A stretch of 60,001 bases of DNA from Acidimicrobiales bacterium (GTDB lineage: Bacteria; Actinomycetota; Acidimicrobiia; Acidimicrobiales; RAAP-2). The notes beneath the pieces are model-generated. The model saw only the letters and a list, made by a program, of their open reading frames with translations. It did no database searches and was not told the origin of the DNA. Shown in pieces: positions 1 through 9,793 of this stretch. Both the position numbers and the translations under genes were made by a program. The DNA lies in contig JANWIR010000045.1 of assembly GCA_025449805.1 (NCBI GenBank), positions 1 to 60,001 of the forward strand, in the 5' to 3' direction. How positions within the stretch are numbered: the stretch's first letter is position 1; each line of letters begins with the position of its first letter.

Positions 1-1945
1 ACGTGATTTCAAAGGCCTCCAGCAGTTCTTCTTGCAACGTGGGTGCCGTGATGGGCACACTAACTTCGACCCGGCGGTCGAGGTTGCGCTCCATCAGGTC
101 GGCCGATCCGATGTACATCGAAAAGGCCGGATCGCCGGGTCGTCCAAAGATGAACACGCGCGAGTGTTCGAGGAACTCGCCAACTAAGGAGTGCACTTTG
201 ATGTGCTCCGACAGACCCGGTACACCCGGTCGCAGGCAGCACAAGGTCCGCACCACCAGACGTATCTCCACGCCGGCATTGGACGCCTCATAGAGCGCGT
301 CGATGATCTGTGGATCGGTGAGGCCATTGACCTTCATGTCGACGCGTCCGCGAGGTCCGAGATCGCGCTGCTGGTTAATCAACTCAATGATTTTCGTTCG
401 TGTCGACAGTGGTGAGACCACAATTTTGGCGTAATCACCAATACGCGCGAATCCGGTGAGGTAGTTAAAGAGCTCACCGACGTCACGGGTGATCGCCGGG
501 TCACAGGTCAACAGTCCGAAGTCTTCGTAGACGCGCGCGGTGCGGTCGTTGTAGTTTCCCGTTCCGATGTGGACGTAGCGCGCGGTGGTGTCGCCTTCAC
601 TGCGCAGCACCAACGCAATTTTGGAGTGGGTCTTAAGACCAACGATGCCGTAGACCACGTGCACTCCGGCGTCTTCGAGCGCCTTCGCCCACTCAATGTT
701 GGCGGCCTCGTCGAAACGGGCCTTCAACTCAACGAGGGCGACAACCTGTTTGCCTCGCTCGGCCGCCTGAATGAGTGAGGCCACAATGGGCGAGTCGCCC
801 GAGGTTCGGTACAGCGTCTGCTTGATCGCGACAACTTTGGGATCAAGTGCGGCCTGCGCGATGAACATCTCGACCGAGTCGGTGAATGATTCGTACGGGT
901 GGTGCAACAGAACGTCGCCTTCTCGAATTACCGCGAAGATATCCCCTACGTGATCACCATCCAACAGACGCTTGGGGGTCAGTGGCGACCAACCCTCCCC
1001 CTTCAAGTCGGGTCGGTCGATCGCGTAGAGGCTCCAAAAATCGTGCAGTCCTAATGGTGCGTCGGTGACGTAGACGTTGGATCGGTCAATGTCGAGCTGG
1101 TCGACCAGCAGTTCCAAGAACTCCTCGGACATCCCACGTTGGATCTCAACGCGCAGCGCTTCGCCGAAGCGCCGTCGACGCAATTCCACTTCGAGCGCCA
1201 CCATTAAGTCATCCGCCTCGTCCTCTTCGAGCGTGAGGTCGGCGTTGCGCGTCACGCGAAAGAGGTCCGCTCGACCAATCGTCATGCCGGCGAAGAGTTG
1301 GTCAAGGTGCGCAATAATCAGATCCTCGAGCAGACACCAGCGACCTTCGCCGACTGGCAAGAATCGCGGCAATGAGCTCGGCACCTTGACGCGTGCGCTG
1401 CGTTCCGCGCCGCTGACTTCGTCGCGGACGCTGACCGCAATATTCAGTGAAAGATTCGAGATCATCGGGAAGGGATGACCGGGGTCGACCGCGAGTGGTG
1501 TCAATACGGGGTAGACGTTCTCCTCGAAATAGCGCGCGAGCGAGGCCTTGGTCGCGTCGTCGAGGTCCCGGTAGTGCACGACCGACAAGTCGTGGCGCGC
1601 CAGGGTCGGCAAGAGATTGTCCAAGACCACCCGGTCTTGTCGCTCCATCAACGTCAGCACGCTCTCACGAATCGCCGTGAGCTGTTGACGAGGCCGCACC
1701 CCGTCAACCGACGGCGTCTGGACCCCGGCCGCGACCTTGTCCTCGAGGCTGACTACGCGCACCTGAAAGAACTCGTCGATCATGTCTGCGAAAATTGCCA
1801 CGAACTTGCAGCGCTCGAGAATTGGCAGACCCTCGTCCTCAGCCAGGTCGAGCAGACGGGCGCCAAAGGCCAGGCGTGACAACTCTCGGCTCGAGAATCG
1901 CTCAGGCCCGAAGGCCACCACCTCATCGCTCACGACGCTTAACAC
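1..1945 (-). CDS. ppk1: Polyphosphate kinase 1 (3' end runs off window)
   Basis: Absent from the ORF track because it has no stop in the window. Manual translation gives ERFSSRELSRLAF...ERCKFVAIFADMIDEFFQVRV, HHPYESF, RYVHIGTGNYN..TARVYEDFGL and GSADLMERNLDRRVEV. Start is GTG 1945 or 1933. Confidence 0.93.
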   Translation of the reverse strand, partial: MLSVVSDEVVAFGPERFSSRELSRLAFGARLLDLAEDEGLPILERCKFVAIFADMIDEFFQVRVVSLEDKVAAGVQTPSVDGVRPRQQLTAIRESVLTLMERQDRVVLDNLLPTLARHDLSVVHYRDLDDATKASLARYFEENVYPVLTPLAVDPGHPFPMISNLSLNIAVSVRDEVSGAERSARVKVPSSLPRFLPVGEGRWCLLEDLIIAHLDQLFAGMTIGRADLFRVTRNADLTLEEDEADDLMVALEVELRRRRFGEALRVEIQRGMSEEFLELLVDQLDIDRSNVYVTDAPLGLHDFWSLYAIDRPDLKGEGWSPLTPKRLLDGDHVGDIFAVIREGDVLLHHPYESFTDSVEMFIAQAALDPKVVAIKQTLYRTSGDSPIVASLIQAAERGKQVVALVELKARFDEAANIEWAKALEDAGVHVVYGIVGLKTHSKIALVLRSEGDTTARYVHIGTGNYNDRTARVYEDFGLLTCDPAITRDVGELFNYLTGFARIGDYAKIVVSPLSTRTKIIELINQQRDLGPRGRVDMKVNGLTDPQIIDALYEASNAGVEIRLVVRTLCCLRPGVPGLSEHIKVHSLVGEFLEHSRVFIFGRPGDPAFSMYIGSADLMERNLDRRVEVSVPITAPTLQEELLEAFEIT

Positions 1946-1995
1946 TCCCGCTGACTTGAGTTCATTTCGTTCCATGCTACGACTACTGTTTGAAC

Positions 1996-3336
1996 GTGGC
2001 GAAACACGCAACGTCGGTACGTGGACGCCCCAGCAACGCGCGATGGACCGAGCTCAGTTTGATGATCCTCGCCTGGATTGTCACGACGGCTTTCTACGTA
2101 CTGGCGTCGCTCGGCGCGCAGGGACACATGCCGCCACGTCTCTGGCTCTTTCTCGCCTCGATCGTCTCAATCTCACTCGTCATGCACGTCGCGATTCGCC
2201 GTTACGCGCCCAACGCCTCCGAGATTCTGTTACCCGTCGCGACGCTGCTCAACGGCATCGGCTACGTCGAGATCGCTCGGTGGAACCCCGCGCGAGCGGG
2301 CTACCAGGCGATGTGGTTCTTTCTGAGCGCTCTGGCGCTCGTCGTCGTTCTCAAAGTTGTGAAGCGCGTCCGCGACCTCGATCGCTACCGTTACCTCACG
2401 TTGTGCGCGGCCGTTGGACTGTTACTGGCGCCGCTGGTACCCGGCGTTGGCCTCACGATCTACGGCGCACGACTATGGGTCCGGGTAGGTCCTATCTCGT
2501 TTCAGCCAGTCGAGATTGCCAAGATGCTGCTCGTCTTTTTCTTCGCCTCATATTTTTCGTCGAATCGCGAACTGCTCTCGACACCCACCCAGCGCATTGG
2601 TTCGCGCAGCATCGTCGCGCCGAAGGTGCTGTTGCCCATCTTGGTGGCGTGGGGGTGCGCCATGGGCATTCTCGGGGCGGAGAACGACATTGGCTTCGCC
2701 CTCCTATTGTTCGCGCTCTTTATGTCCCTGTTGTGGGTAGCTACTGGTCTCAAGTCTTACGTCGTGTTGGGCGTGGGGCTCTTCGCGGGCGGTGCCTTCT
2801 TCGCCGCCAAGTTCTTTTCCCAGGTGCAGAGTCGCGTCGGGCTCTGGCTCGATCCGTGGTCGTCCGCGCACATGGCGTACTCGCATCAACTGGCCTACGG
2901 GTGGTTCTCCCTCGCCGCGGGCGGGGTGACGGGTACCGGCCTGGGGCTCGGCCAGTCGGGCAACGTCCCCGAAATCACGTCGGACATGATCTTTGCCGCG
3001 GTGGGCGAAGAGCTCGGACTCCTCGGTCTCGTGGTCGTGGTGGCCCTCTTCGTGGTGTTCGTCGCGGAAGGCTTTCGCATTGCCCAGGGTGCGCACTCCG
3101 ATTTCACGCGCCTGACCGCGACGGGGCTGTCGGCCCTGATGGGCTTTCAGGCGTTTTTCATCATGGCCGGCGTTTTGCGACTTCTGCCTCTGACGGGCAT
3201 CACGTTGCCCTTTATGGCGTACGGCGGATCGTCCCTGTTCGCTAACTATCTCGTGGTCGCGCTGCTGCTGCGGATCTCTGACGAGAACAGCCTCGAGCGA
3301 CGAGGCGGCGAAGTCGTCGCGGTCGTCTTCAACTAG
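1996..3336 (+). CDS. SEDS family FtsW/RodA/SpoVE protein (resembles actinobacterial RodA of the Rv0017c type)
   Basis: Multi-TM; GARLWV, SFQPVEIAK, ENDIG, PEITSDMIF, LPLTGITLPFMAYGGSSL. GTG 1996 lies 6 nt after TACTGT. Confidence 0.9.
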   Translation: MAKHATSVRGRPSNARWTELSLMILAWIVTTAFYVLASLGAQGHMPPRLWLFLASIVSISLVMHVAIRRYAPNASEILLPVATLLNGIGYVEIARWNPARAGYQAMWFFLSALALVVVLKVVKRVRDLDRYRYLTLCAAVGLLLAPLVPGVGLTIYGARLWVRVGPISFQPVEIAKMLLVFFFASYFSSNRELLSTPTQRIGSRSIVAPKVLLPILVAWGCAMGILGAENDIGFALLLFALFMSLLWVATGLKSYVVLGVGLFAGGAFFAAKFFSQVQSRVGLWLDPWSSAHMAYSHQLAYGWFSLAAGGVTGTGLGLGQSGNVPEITSDMIFAAVGEELGLLGLVVVVALFVVFVAEGFRIAQGAHSDFTRLTATGLSALMGFQAFFIMAGVLRLLPLTGITLPFMAYGGSSLFANYLVVALLLRISDENSLERRGGEVVAVVFN

Positions 3337-3893
3337 TCGCCGAAGTAGCGCTGCAAGACCTCGTCGGCGCAGAGCACGGGCGCCGGCACAATCTGGCGGT
3401 ACGCCAGCGCCAGGGCGTCACTCGTGCGACAGTCAAAAACCTCGCGACCCTTCGCCGTCATTAGTTCGAGTTCGGCGTAGAAGACGCCCTGCTCGTAGCG
3501 CACAATCCGCACGGCAATCACGTCCACCTGGAGTCGGCCAAGTATCGCGGTCATCAATTCGTGGGTCGTGGGGCGACGGGTCTCGAGCTGCGAGAGCGCC
3601 TGTTGGAGCGCGATGGCGTCGGGCAGAGCGATGGGAATTACCAAGTAGCGGTAGGGCGACTCCGCCTCAATCAGGTGCGCCTGGGGCGACGCGTCGGTCA
3701 GGTCGTAGAGCACCGAGTCAAGGTTCATGACGTGAAAGACCGTCGGCGCCGACACCTCGTCGACCGTCGCAACGGCACCGTCCGTCGGACTCGTGACGTC
3801 CTCGTGCACCGATCCATCGATCGGACCGACGACGCTGGCGTGTGGCGCTTCGTCCACGGGTCCAATCACGTCATCGTTCAGCGACTCATTCAT
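3333..3893 (-). CDS. Bifunctional nuclease family protein (DUF151)
   Basis: IPIALPDAIAL..RRPTTHELM..GVFYAEL..DCRTSDALALA. Confidence 0.85.
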   Translation of the reverse strand: MNESLNDDVIGPVDEAPHASVVGPIDGSVHEDVTSPTDGAVATVDEVSAPTVFHVMNLDSVLYDLTDASPQAHLIEAESPYRYLVIPIALPDAIALQQALSQLETRRPTTHELMTAILGRLQVDVIAVRIVRYEQGVFYAELELMTAKGREVFDCRTSDALALAYRQIVPAPVLCADEVLQRYFGD

Positions 3894-3902
3894 GAGCCAA
3901 CC

Positions 3903-5042
3903 CTAATTGCCCGCGCGGCGCGAAACCGAGAGCACGGCGCCGCCCGCGACGAAAAACACCAGCGCGGCCGAACCTCCATAACTTAAGAGCGGCAGAGGGA
4001 TTCCGGTAACGGGCATGATACCCATCGTCATACCAATGTTCTCGAAGCAACTAAAGGCAAAGAACACGAAGACGCCGATGCAAATCAAGCGACCCATCGT
4101 GTCCTTGGCGCGGCGACCAATCATGAACATACGAAAGGCCACGAAGCCGAGCAACGACACTATCAGTGTCGAGCCGATGAACCCTAACTGTTCACCAATG
4201 GCGGTAAAAATGAAGTCGGTACGTTGCTCGGGTACGTAGCCAAGGACGGTCTGCAGCCCGTGAAAAAAGCCCGCGCCGCGCAGCCCACCCGACCCAATCG
4301 CACTCTTCGCGTTATTGACCTCGTAGATCAACGCCTGCAAGTTCGGATTCGTGCTGTTTTGATTCAAGAACGAGACGAACCGGTCAACTTGATACTTATG
4401 GAGGAGCTGCAGGTAGATCGCCATCACGACGCCGACCGAACCCAGCACCGCGAGCAGCGACATGAACCGTGGGGGGACCCCGGCCAGCACCATCATCGCC
4501 GACACCGTTAACACGATGATGACGGTGGTGCCCAAGTCGGGCTGTTTGAAGATGAGGAGAATAGGCACCGCGGCCATCGTGAGCAGACGCGTCACGTCGT
4601 ACATCGTGAGACCTTCGGGTCGGCGGGCGCAGAACGTCGCGACCGCCAAAATCAAAGACAAGACGGTAAATTCGCTCGGTTGGATCTGCACGAAGCCGAA
4701 GTTGTACCAGCGTTGCGCGCCGAGCGCGCTCTGACCGACCACGAAGACGCCAGCGAGCGCGAGGAGCGAGCCGACGTAGAGCGGCGTCGCGACCATCTCG
4801 AAGCGTCGATAGTCCAGTCGAGAGACGACGTACATCGCCACAATGCCAATCCCGACGAACAGTCCCTGTCGATTGAAGTAGTAGTGGCCGCTAAAGCCGG
4901 CGTTCACCAGGGCTTGACGGGTGGCCGAGTAGATCATGATGGTGCCCGTTACGCCCAGCGCGATCATGCCCCAGAACAGGCCGTAGTCCATCGAGTCACG
5001 AGCCCGCACGCGATTGGTGATGGCCAGCAGCGTGTCCGTCAC
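3903..5042 (-). CDS. rodA: Rod shape-determining protein RodA (MrdB-type SEDS)
   Basis: GAQRW, QPSEFT, QPDLGT, AIGSGG, VPEQRTDFIF, MPVTGIPLPLLSYGGS. Confidence 0.88.
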   Translation of the reverse strand: MTDTLLAITNRVRARDSMDYGLFWGMIALGVTGTIMIYSATRQALVNAGFSGHYYFNRQGLFVGIGIVAMYVVSRLDYRRFEMVATPLYVGSLLALAGVFVVGQSALGAQRWYNFGFVQIQPSEFTVLSLILAVATFCARRPEGLTMYDVTRLLTMAAVPILLIFKQPDLGTTVIIVLTVSAMMVLAGVPPRFMSLLAVLGSVGVVMAIYLQLLHKYQVDRFVSFLNQNSTNPNLQALIYEVNNAKSAIGSGGLRGAGFFHGLQTVLGYVPEQRTDFIFTAIGEQLGFIGSTLIVSLLGFVAFRMFMIGRRAKDTMGRLICIGVFVFFAFSCFENIGMTMGIMPVTGIPLPLLSYGGSAALVFFVAGGAVLSVSRRAGN

Positions 5043-5821
5043 GTCAGCACCTCCAGTAGGTCCTCGCCGGCAACGTCAACGTCGAACCACCACGACATCT
5101 GCGCGGCGGCTTGGAAGGCCAGCATCGCAAGGCCGTTCATCGTCACGCAGCCCAACTCGGCGTGCAGGCCCAGCCACGCGGAGGTGCGTGGTTCGTAGGT
5201 AACGTCAACCGCCACGGTATCGGGACTCACGCCCTGGAGTACTGCTGATTCGACGTCGCGACCCGACGCCGGCACCGTGTTGACGATGAGGTCGACTGGT
5301 CGATACACCAGCGAATGGCCAAAGACCTGGGGGTAGCGGCGCGTCAACGCCTCAACCCGTGCTTCATTGCGGGCGTGAATGACCACGGACGAAGCTCCGT
5401 GGGCAACGAGGGCGTCCACGATGGCACTCGCGGCCCCGCCCGCGCCCAACACGACGACGTGGCGATCCTGGGGCGTTGCCGTCGCTACGGCCGCGAGGGA
5501 ACGAACGAAGCCTTCGCCGTCGGTGCTGCGACCGAGGACACGCCCGTCACGGACCAAGAGTGTATTGACCGACTCGGTACGCGAAGCGACCTCGTCAAGT
5601 TCGTCACAGAGTTCGATCACCGCGCGCTTCAACGGTGCGGTGACCGAAAGGGCGTCGAAGCGCTCCCCGAGTAGCGCCCGCAGCTCCTCGAGTCGCGTCG
5701 TGTCCAGGTCGAGGCGCTCAGACGTCCCGACGAGTCCGGCGAGGCGCAAACCTTCGCGGTGCAGCACCGGTGACAGCGAATGGGCAACGGGCGAACCCAC
5801 GACGCCGAGGCGCCAGTTCAC
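5039..5821 (-). CDS. aroE: Shikimate dehydrogenase
   Basis: GSPVAHSLSP, SVTAPLK, SVNT, STDGEG, LGAGGAA, GLAMLAFQA. GTG start overlaps the mltG stop (GTGA). Confidence 0.9.
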   Translation of the reverse strand: MNWRLGVVGSPVAHSLSPVLHREGLRLAGLVGTSERLDLDTTRLEELRALLGERFDALSVTAPLKRAVIELCDELDEVASRTESVNTLLVRDGRVLGRSTDGEGFVRSLAAVATATPQDRHVVVLGAGGAASAIVDALVAHGASSVVIHARNEARVEALTRRYPQVFGHSLVYRPVDLIVNTVPASGRDVESAVLQGVSPDTVAVDVTYEPRTSAWLGLHAELGCVTMNGLAMLAFQAAAQMSWWFDVDVAGEDLLEVLT

Positions 5822-6831
5822 GACAGCCCCCGCGACGCCGCGAGTCGTTCGTTGGCTAGTTGTTGCTGGAACGTTGCCGCGAACGCTTCGTCGCCAGCGC
5901 GGTCGACGACCACGAAGTACAGCCACGGCCCCGGCGGCGCGTGCAACACCGCGGCCAAGGCGACCGGCGAGACCGTGCAAATGGGCGTCGGCGTGAGTCC
6001 GGGATTGAGGTACGAGTTGTAGGGCGAGGGCGTCTGCAGCATGGCCGACGTCACCCTCCCCCCATCTTGGCCCAGCGCGTAGAGCACGGTTGCGTCCATC
6101 TGCAGTGGACCGCCTCGACGCAGGCGATTAAAGATCACCCGCGCGACCCGGGGCATGTTCTTGGGGTAGTACCCCTCTTTTTCGACGATGGACGCCGCCG
6201 TTACGAGTTGATACGCGTTGAGTCCGTTGAGCGTGGTGGTGGGCGTCAGTCCCGCCGCGGCCGCCTCGCGTACGAAGGCATCGGCCATTTTCTGGGCGAG
6301 TTTCTGGGGTGATTCACCCGGGCGCACGATGTACGTGCCGGCACCCACCAGACCTTCTAACGACTGGTTGCGTGCGAAGGGCGAGTGCACGCCAATCGTC
6401 GTCGCGTCCTTCAAGAAGGCGCTCGCGTAGACGTTGCCGAGATTCCCGGCGAGGGTCACCGCCATTTCGTGCAACGTCAAACCTGGCGAGGCCGTCAGGG
6501 TCACGACGTTGGGACCGCCACCAAGAATCGCGCGAACGGCAGAAAACGACGCGCCTTGTCGAATTTCGTACGAGCCGGGTCGAACGAGTGGCGCACCAAA
6601 GATGAGCACGTCCACACGAAAGGCCAAGGGCGACGCGATGACGCCCGCGACGTGCAGCTCGCCGGCGATTGTGGCCAGCGAGTCACCGGGGTGCACGGTG
6701 ACCACGACGTCACGGCCCTTACCCGCAAAAACGGGGTCCACTTGAAGGACGAACCATCCCAGCGCGACGAGCACGAGCACTACCGCCACGCCCATCGCTC
6801 GCCCCACGGGCTTAGTCACCAATGAGGCCAT
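5818..6831 (-). CDS. mltG: Endolytic transglycosylase MltG
   Basis: N-terminal TM, LEG, ASIVEKE, NRL..LQMDATVLY, SPYNSY..PGLTPTPI; alaS-ruvX-mltG synteny. Confidence 0.92.
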   Translation of the reverse strand: MASLVTKPVGRAMGVAVVLVLVALGWFVLQVDPVFAGKGRDVVVTVHPGDSLATIAGELHVAGVIASPLAFRVDVLIFGAPLVRPGSYEIRQGASFSAVRAILGGGPNVVTLTASPGLTLHEMAVTLAGNLGNVYASAFLKDATTIGVHSPFARNQSLEGLVGAGTYIVRPGESPQKLAQKMADAFVREAAAAGLTPTTTLNGLNAYQLVTAASIVEKEGYYPKNMPRVARVIFNRLRRGGPLQMDATVLYALGQDGGRVTSAMLQTPSPYNSYLNPGLTPTPICTVSPVALAAVLHAPPGPWLYFVVVDRAGDEAFAATFQQQLANERLAASRGLS

Positions 6832-7228
6832 CTAGATAGTTTTGCAGGAGTATGGTCGCCGCGGCGCTGTCGACGTGTCCGCGCTGTGATTTGGCGCGTA
6901 CACCCGCTTGGGAAAGAGCGCGCTGGGCCTCGTGCGTCGTCAACCGCTCGTCCCACTGCACAATATCGAGGTCGCCAAATGCGGCGCACAGAGCCTCAAA
7001 GAGTTGATCGGCCAGCGCCGTGCTCGTCGTTTCGCGCCCCGAGAGCGCGACCGGTCGTCCGACGACGACGCCCGCAATGGCCTCGTCATCAATGACAGTC
7101 CGCAAGCGCGCCATGAGTTGGTCGTCATTCGCTAGCGCTTCGCGCGGGAAGGCCATCGTGCGTGCGCTGTTCGAGACCGCCACGCCGCAGCGACGCGTTC
7201 CGGGGTCGAGTCCGAGCAGGCGGGCCAC
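6812..7228 (-). CDS. ruvX: RuvX/YqgF resolvase-like RNase
   Basis: LGLDPGTRRCGVAVS, VVGRP, WDERLTT, VDSAAATILLQ. Confidence 0.92.
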   Translation of the reverse strand: MARLLGLDPGTRRCGVAVSNSARTMAFPREALANDDQLMARLRTVIDDEAIAGVVVGRPVALSGRETTSTALADQLFEALCAAFGDLDIVQWDERLTTHEAQRALSQAGVRAKSQRGHVDSAAATILLQNYLDGLIGD

Positions 7229-7234
7229 GAACCC

Positions 7235-9793
7235 CTAGAGCGCCTTTGCGGCGACGAGCACGGCGTCAATGCCCTCCGGGTGGCGTCCGCCCGCGAGCGC
7301 CAGACGCGCCGATCCACCACCGCCGCCGCCCACCAACGCAGCCAACTGCTTCACGGTTGCGGTCGCGTCGAGTGAGTCGTCGCTCGCCACGGCGATCGCG
7401 ACCTTCCCTTCGTGCGCACCAACCAGTACGACCCCGCGACGTCCGCGGCGCTGCAAGTCTTGGGCCAGGGTACGAAGTTGCTCCCCACCAAAACCGTCGA
7501 CTCGAGCGACGACGAGGTCACCCGTCGTCACGGCGTGCAACTCATCGGCGAATCGCGAAAGTTGAGATTGACGCATCGCGACCAGTTCTTTATCAATCTC
7601 ACGTTGCCGCTCCACGTAGCGTTCCAGCGCGGGCACCACGTCGTCGAGTGACGTCTTCAACAGCGCCGCCACCGAACCAAGTGTGCGCTCCATTTCGTAG
7701 GCGCGCGCGAACGCGCCCAAACCCGACACCGCCTCGAGGCGTCGGGTGTTGGCCCCGATTGACGCCTCCGAGACGATTTGAATCTGCCCAATATCGCCCA
7801 GGCGGTCGACGTGTGTTCCACCGCAAAACTCGAGCGAGTGCGTGCCGGCGCGCACAACGCGAACCCGGTCGCCATACTTGTCGCCAAAGAAAGCGACGGC
7901 CCCCATTGATTGGGCTTCGCTCTTTGAGGTTTGGATCGTCTCGACGGGTGCGTTCGTCACCACGTCGGTGTTGACCTGGGACAAAATCTCTTGCGTCTCC
8001 GCCACGTGAAGACCCTGCCCGTGCGAGAAGTCGAAGCGAAGGCGATCGGGGCCGACGTAGCTGCCCTGTTGGCGTACGTGGTCACCCAGTACTCGGCGTA
8101 GGCCCGCGTGCAAGAGGTGCGTCGCGGTGTGATTGCGCCGCGTCGACTCACGCCGATCGGGGTCAATCGTGGCGATCGCGACCTGTCCCGCCACGATCTC
8201 ACCGGTCAAGTGACCGCGGTGGGCGTAGAGTCCACTGGCCACGCTCTGGGTGTCGAGAACCACGAGCCGTCCGCTCTCGGTCACGATGGAACCCGTGTCG
8301 CCCACCTGGCCACCGGCTTCGGCGTAAAACGGCGTGGAGTCGAGAAAGACCTCGCTCTCGCCCTTCTCCCCCGCCAGGACCGCCACGACCGTCGTTTCGA
8401 CGCTGTAGCGCGCGACGTCTCGTCCGACGAACTCCGTCGCGCCGTGGGCCTCGAGGAGATCTTTGTACTGCGTGTCGTCCGCGCGGCGCAGGGTCTTCGC
8501 ACTGGCGCGCGCCCGCGCCCGTTGGGCCGCCATTGACTCGCGAAAACTCTCGAGGTCGACGTGCAGGCCCGCGTCGGCAATGATTTCGTTGGTCAACTCA
8601 ATAGGAAATCCGTGCGTGTCGTGCAGACGAAACGCGACGTCCCCGGGGAAAATGGCCGATCCCTTCGCGCGAACGTCGGCACTGGCCTCATCGAGCAGGT
8701 TCATTCCGGTACGCAAGGTCCGCGCGAAACCCGCCTCTTCACGCTCGAGCACCTCAATGATGAGCTCGCGATCTTTCACCAGCGTGGGATACGCCACGCC
8801 CATCTTTTCGATCGTCGCGTCAACCAGGGACTGAGCCAAGCTCGATTCAGATCCGGCGCGCCGGGCCGCGAGGACGGCGCGACGAATTATGCGTCGCAGC
8901 ACGTAGCCGCGCCCCTCATTGGACGGCAGCACGCCGTCGGCGACCAACATCGTCATCGCTCGCCCGTGCTCGGCAATGCGACGAATTGCGACGTCGCTCG
9001 ATTCGTGCGCGCCGTAGGCCACGCCCACCGCTCGCGAGGCCGTTTCGAGAAGCGGCGAAAAGAGATCGGTCGCGAACACCGACTCGACGCCGTTCAGAAT
9101 CGACAAGACCCGCTCAAAGCCCGCACCGGTGTCAATGTTCTTCTTCGGGAGTTCGGTCATGACACCGCCGGGCGCCTTGTCGTACTGCATAAAGACGAGG
9201 TTCCAGAACTCAATAAAGCGATCGCCGTCGTTGACCGCGGGTCCGCCACCCTCCCCGAAGGACTCGCCCTTGTCGAAGAAGATCTCCGAACACGGGCCAC
9301 ACGGCCCTACTTCTCCCATTGACCAAAAGTTGTCCTCGTCCAAGCGCTGAATACGCTCCGGTCGAATCCCAATCAGGTCCCGCCAGAGATCAGCGGCGTC
9401 GTCGTCGCTGTGGTGCACGGTGATCCACAGCCGATCCGGGTCAAGACCGAAGCCCTCCGTAATCAGGCCCCAGGCGTACTTAATGGCCCCTTCTTTGAAG
9501 TAGTCACCAAAGGAAAAATTTCCCATCATCTCAAAGAACGTCAGGTGCCGCTGGGTCGTGCCGATGATGTCAATGTCGGGGGCCCGGAAGCACTTTTGAA
9601 TCGACACCGCCCGGTTGTAGGGGGCTATCTCCTCACCGGTGAAGAAGGGCTTGAAGGGCACCATCCCCGCGACCGTGAACAAAAGCGTCGGGTCGTGGGG
9701 AATCAAGCTCGCCGACGGCACCAATTGGTGGTGATTCTGTTCGAAATAGGTGAGAAAGGTCGAACGTAGTTGGGCGGCTTCCACGGCGTTCAC
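7235..9793 (-). CDS. alaS: Alanine--tRNA ligase
   Basis: DPTLLFTVAGM, FFEMMGNFSFGDYFK, HTATHLLH, EFCGGTH, GGGGG. Confidence 0.98.
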   Translation of the reverse strand: MNAVEAAQLRSTFLTYFEQNHHQLVPSASLIPHDPTLLFTVAGMVPFKPFFTGEEIAPYNRAVSIQKCFRAPDIDIIGTTQRHLTFFEMMGNFSFGDYFKEGAIKYAWGLITEGFGLDPDRLWITVHHSDDDAADLWRDLIGIRPERIQRLDEDNFWSMGEVGPCGPCSEIFFDKGESFGEGGGPAVNDGDRFIEFWNLVFMQYDKAPGGVMTELPKKNIDTGAGFERVLSILNGVESVFATDLFSPLLETASRAVGVAYGAHESSDVAIRRIAEHGRAMTMLVADGVLPSNEGRGYVLRRIIRRAVLAARRAGSESSLAQSLVDATIEKMGVAYPTLVKDRELIIEVLEREEAGFARTLRTGMNLLDEASADVRAKGSAIFPGDVAFRLHDTHGFPIELTNEIIADAGLHVDLESFRESMAAQRARARASAKTLRRADDTQYKDLLEAHGATEFVGRDVARYSVETTVVAVLAGEKGESEVFLDSTPFYAEAGGQVGDTGSIVTESGRLVVLDTQSVASGLYAHRGHLTGEIVAGQVAIATIDPDRRESTRRNHTATHLLHAGLRRVLGDHVRQQGSYVGPDRLRFDFSHGQGLHVAETQEILSQVNTDVVTNAPVETIQTSKSEAQSMGAVAFFGDKYGDRVRVVRAGTHSLEFCGGTHVDRLGDIGQIQIVSEASIGANTRRLEAVSGLGAFARAYEMERTLGSVAALLKTSLDDVVPALERYVERQREIDKELVAMRQSQLSRFADELHAVTTGDLVVARVDGFGGEQLRTLAQDLQRRGRRGVVLVGAHEGKVAIAVASDDSLDATATVKQLAALVGGGGGGSARLALAGGRHPEGIDAVLVAAKAL

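Noticed and set aside
1782-3245. 487-aa Arg-rich ORF, and the many other long overlapping or antisense ORFs in the track (e.g. 8561-9322, 11406-12275, 28718-29620, 47430-48224)
   Set aside because: They overlap well-supported genes and show no family motifs; shadow ORFs are expected at this GC content.
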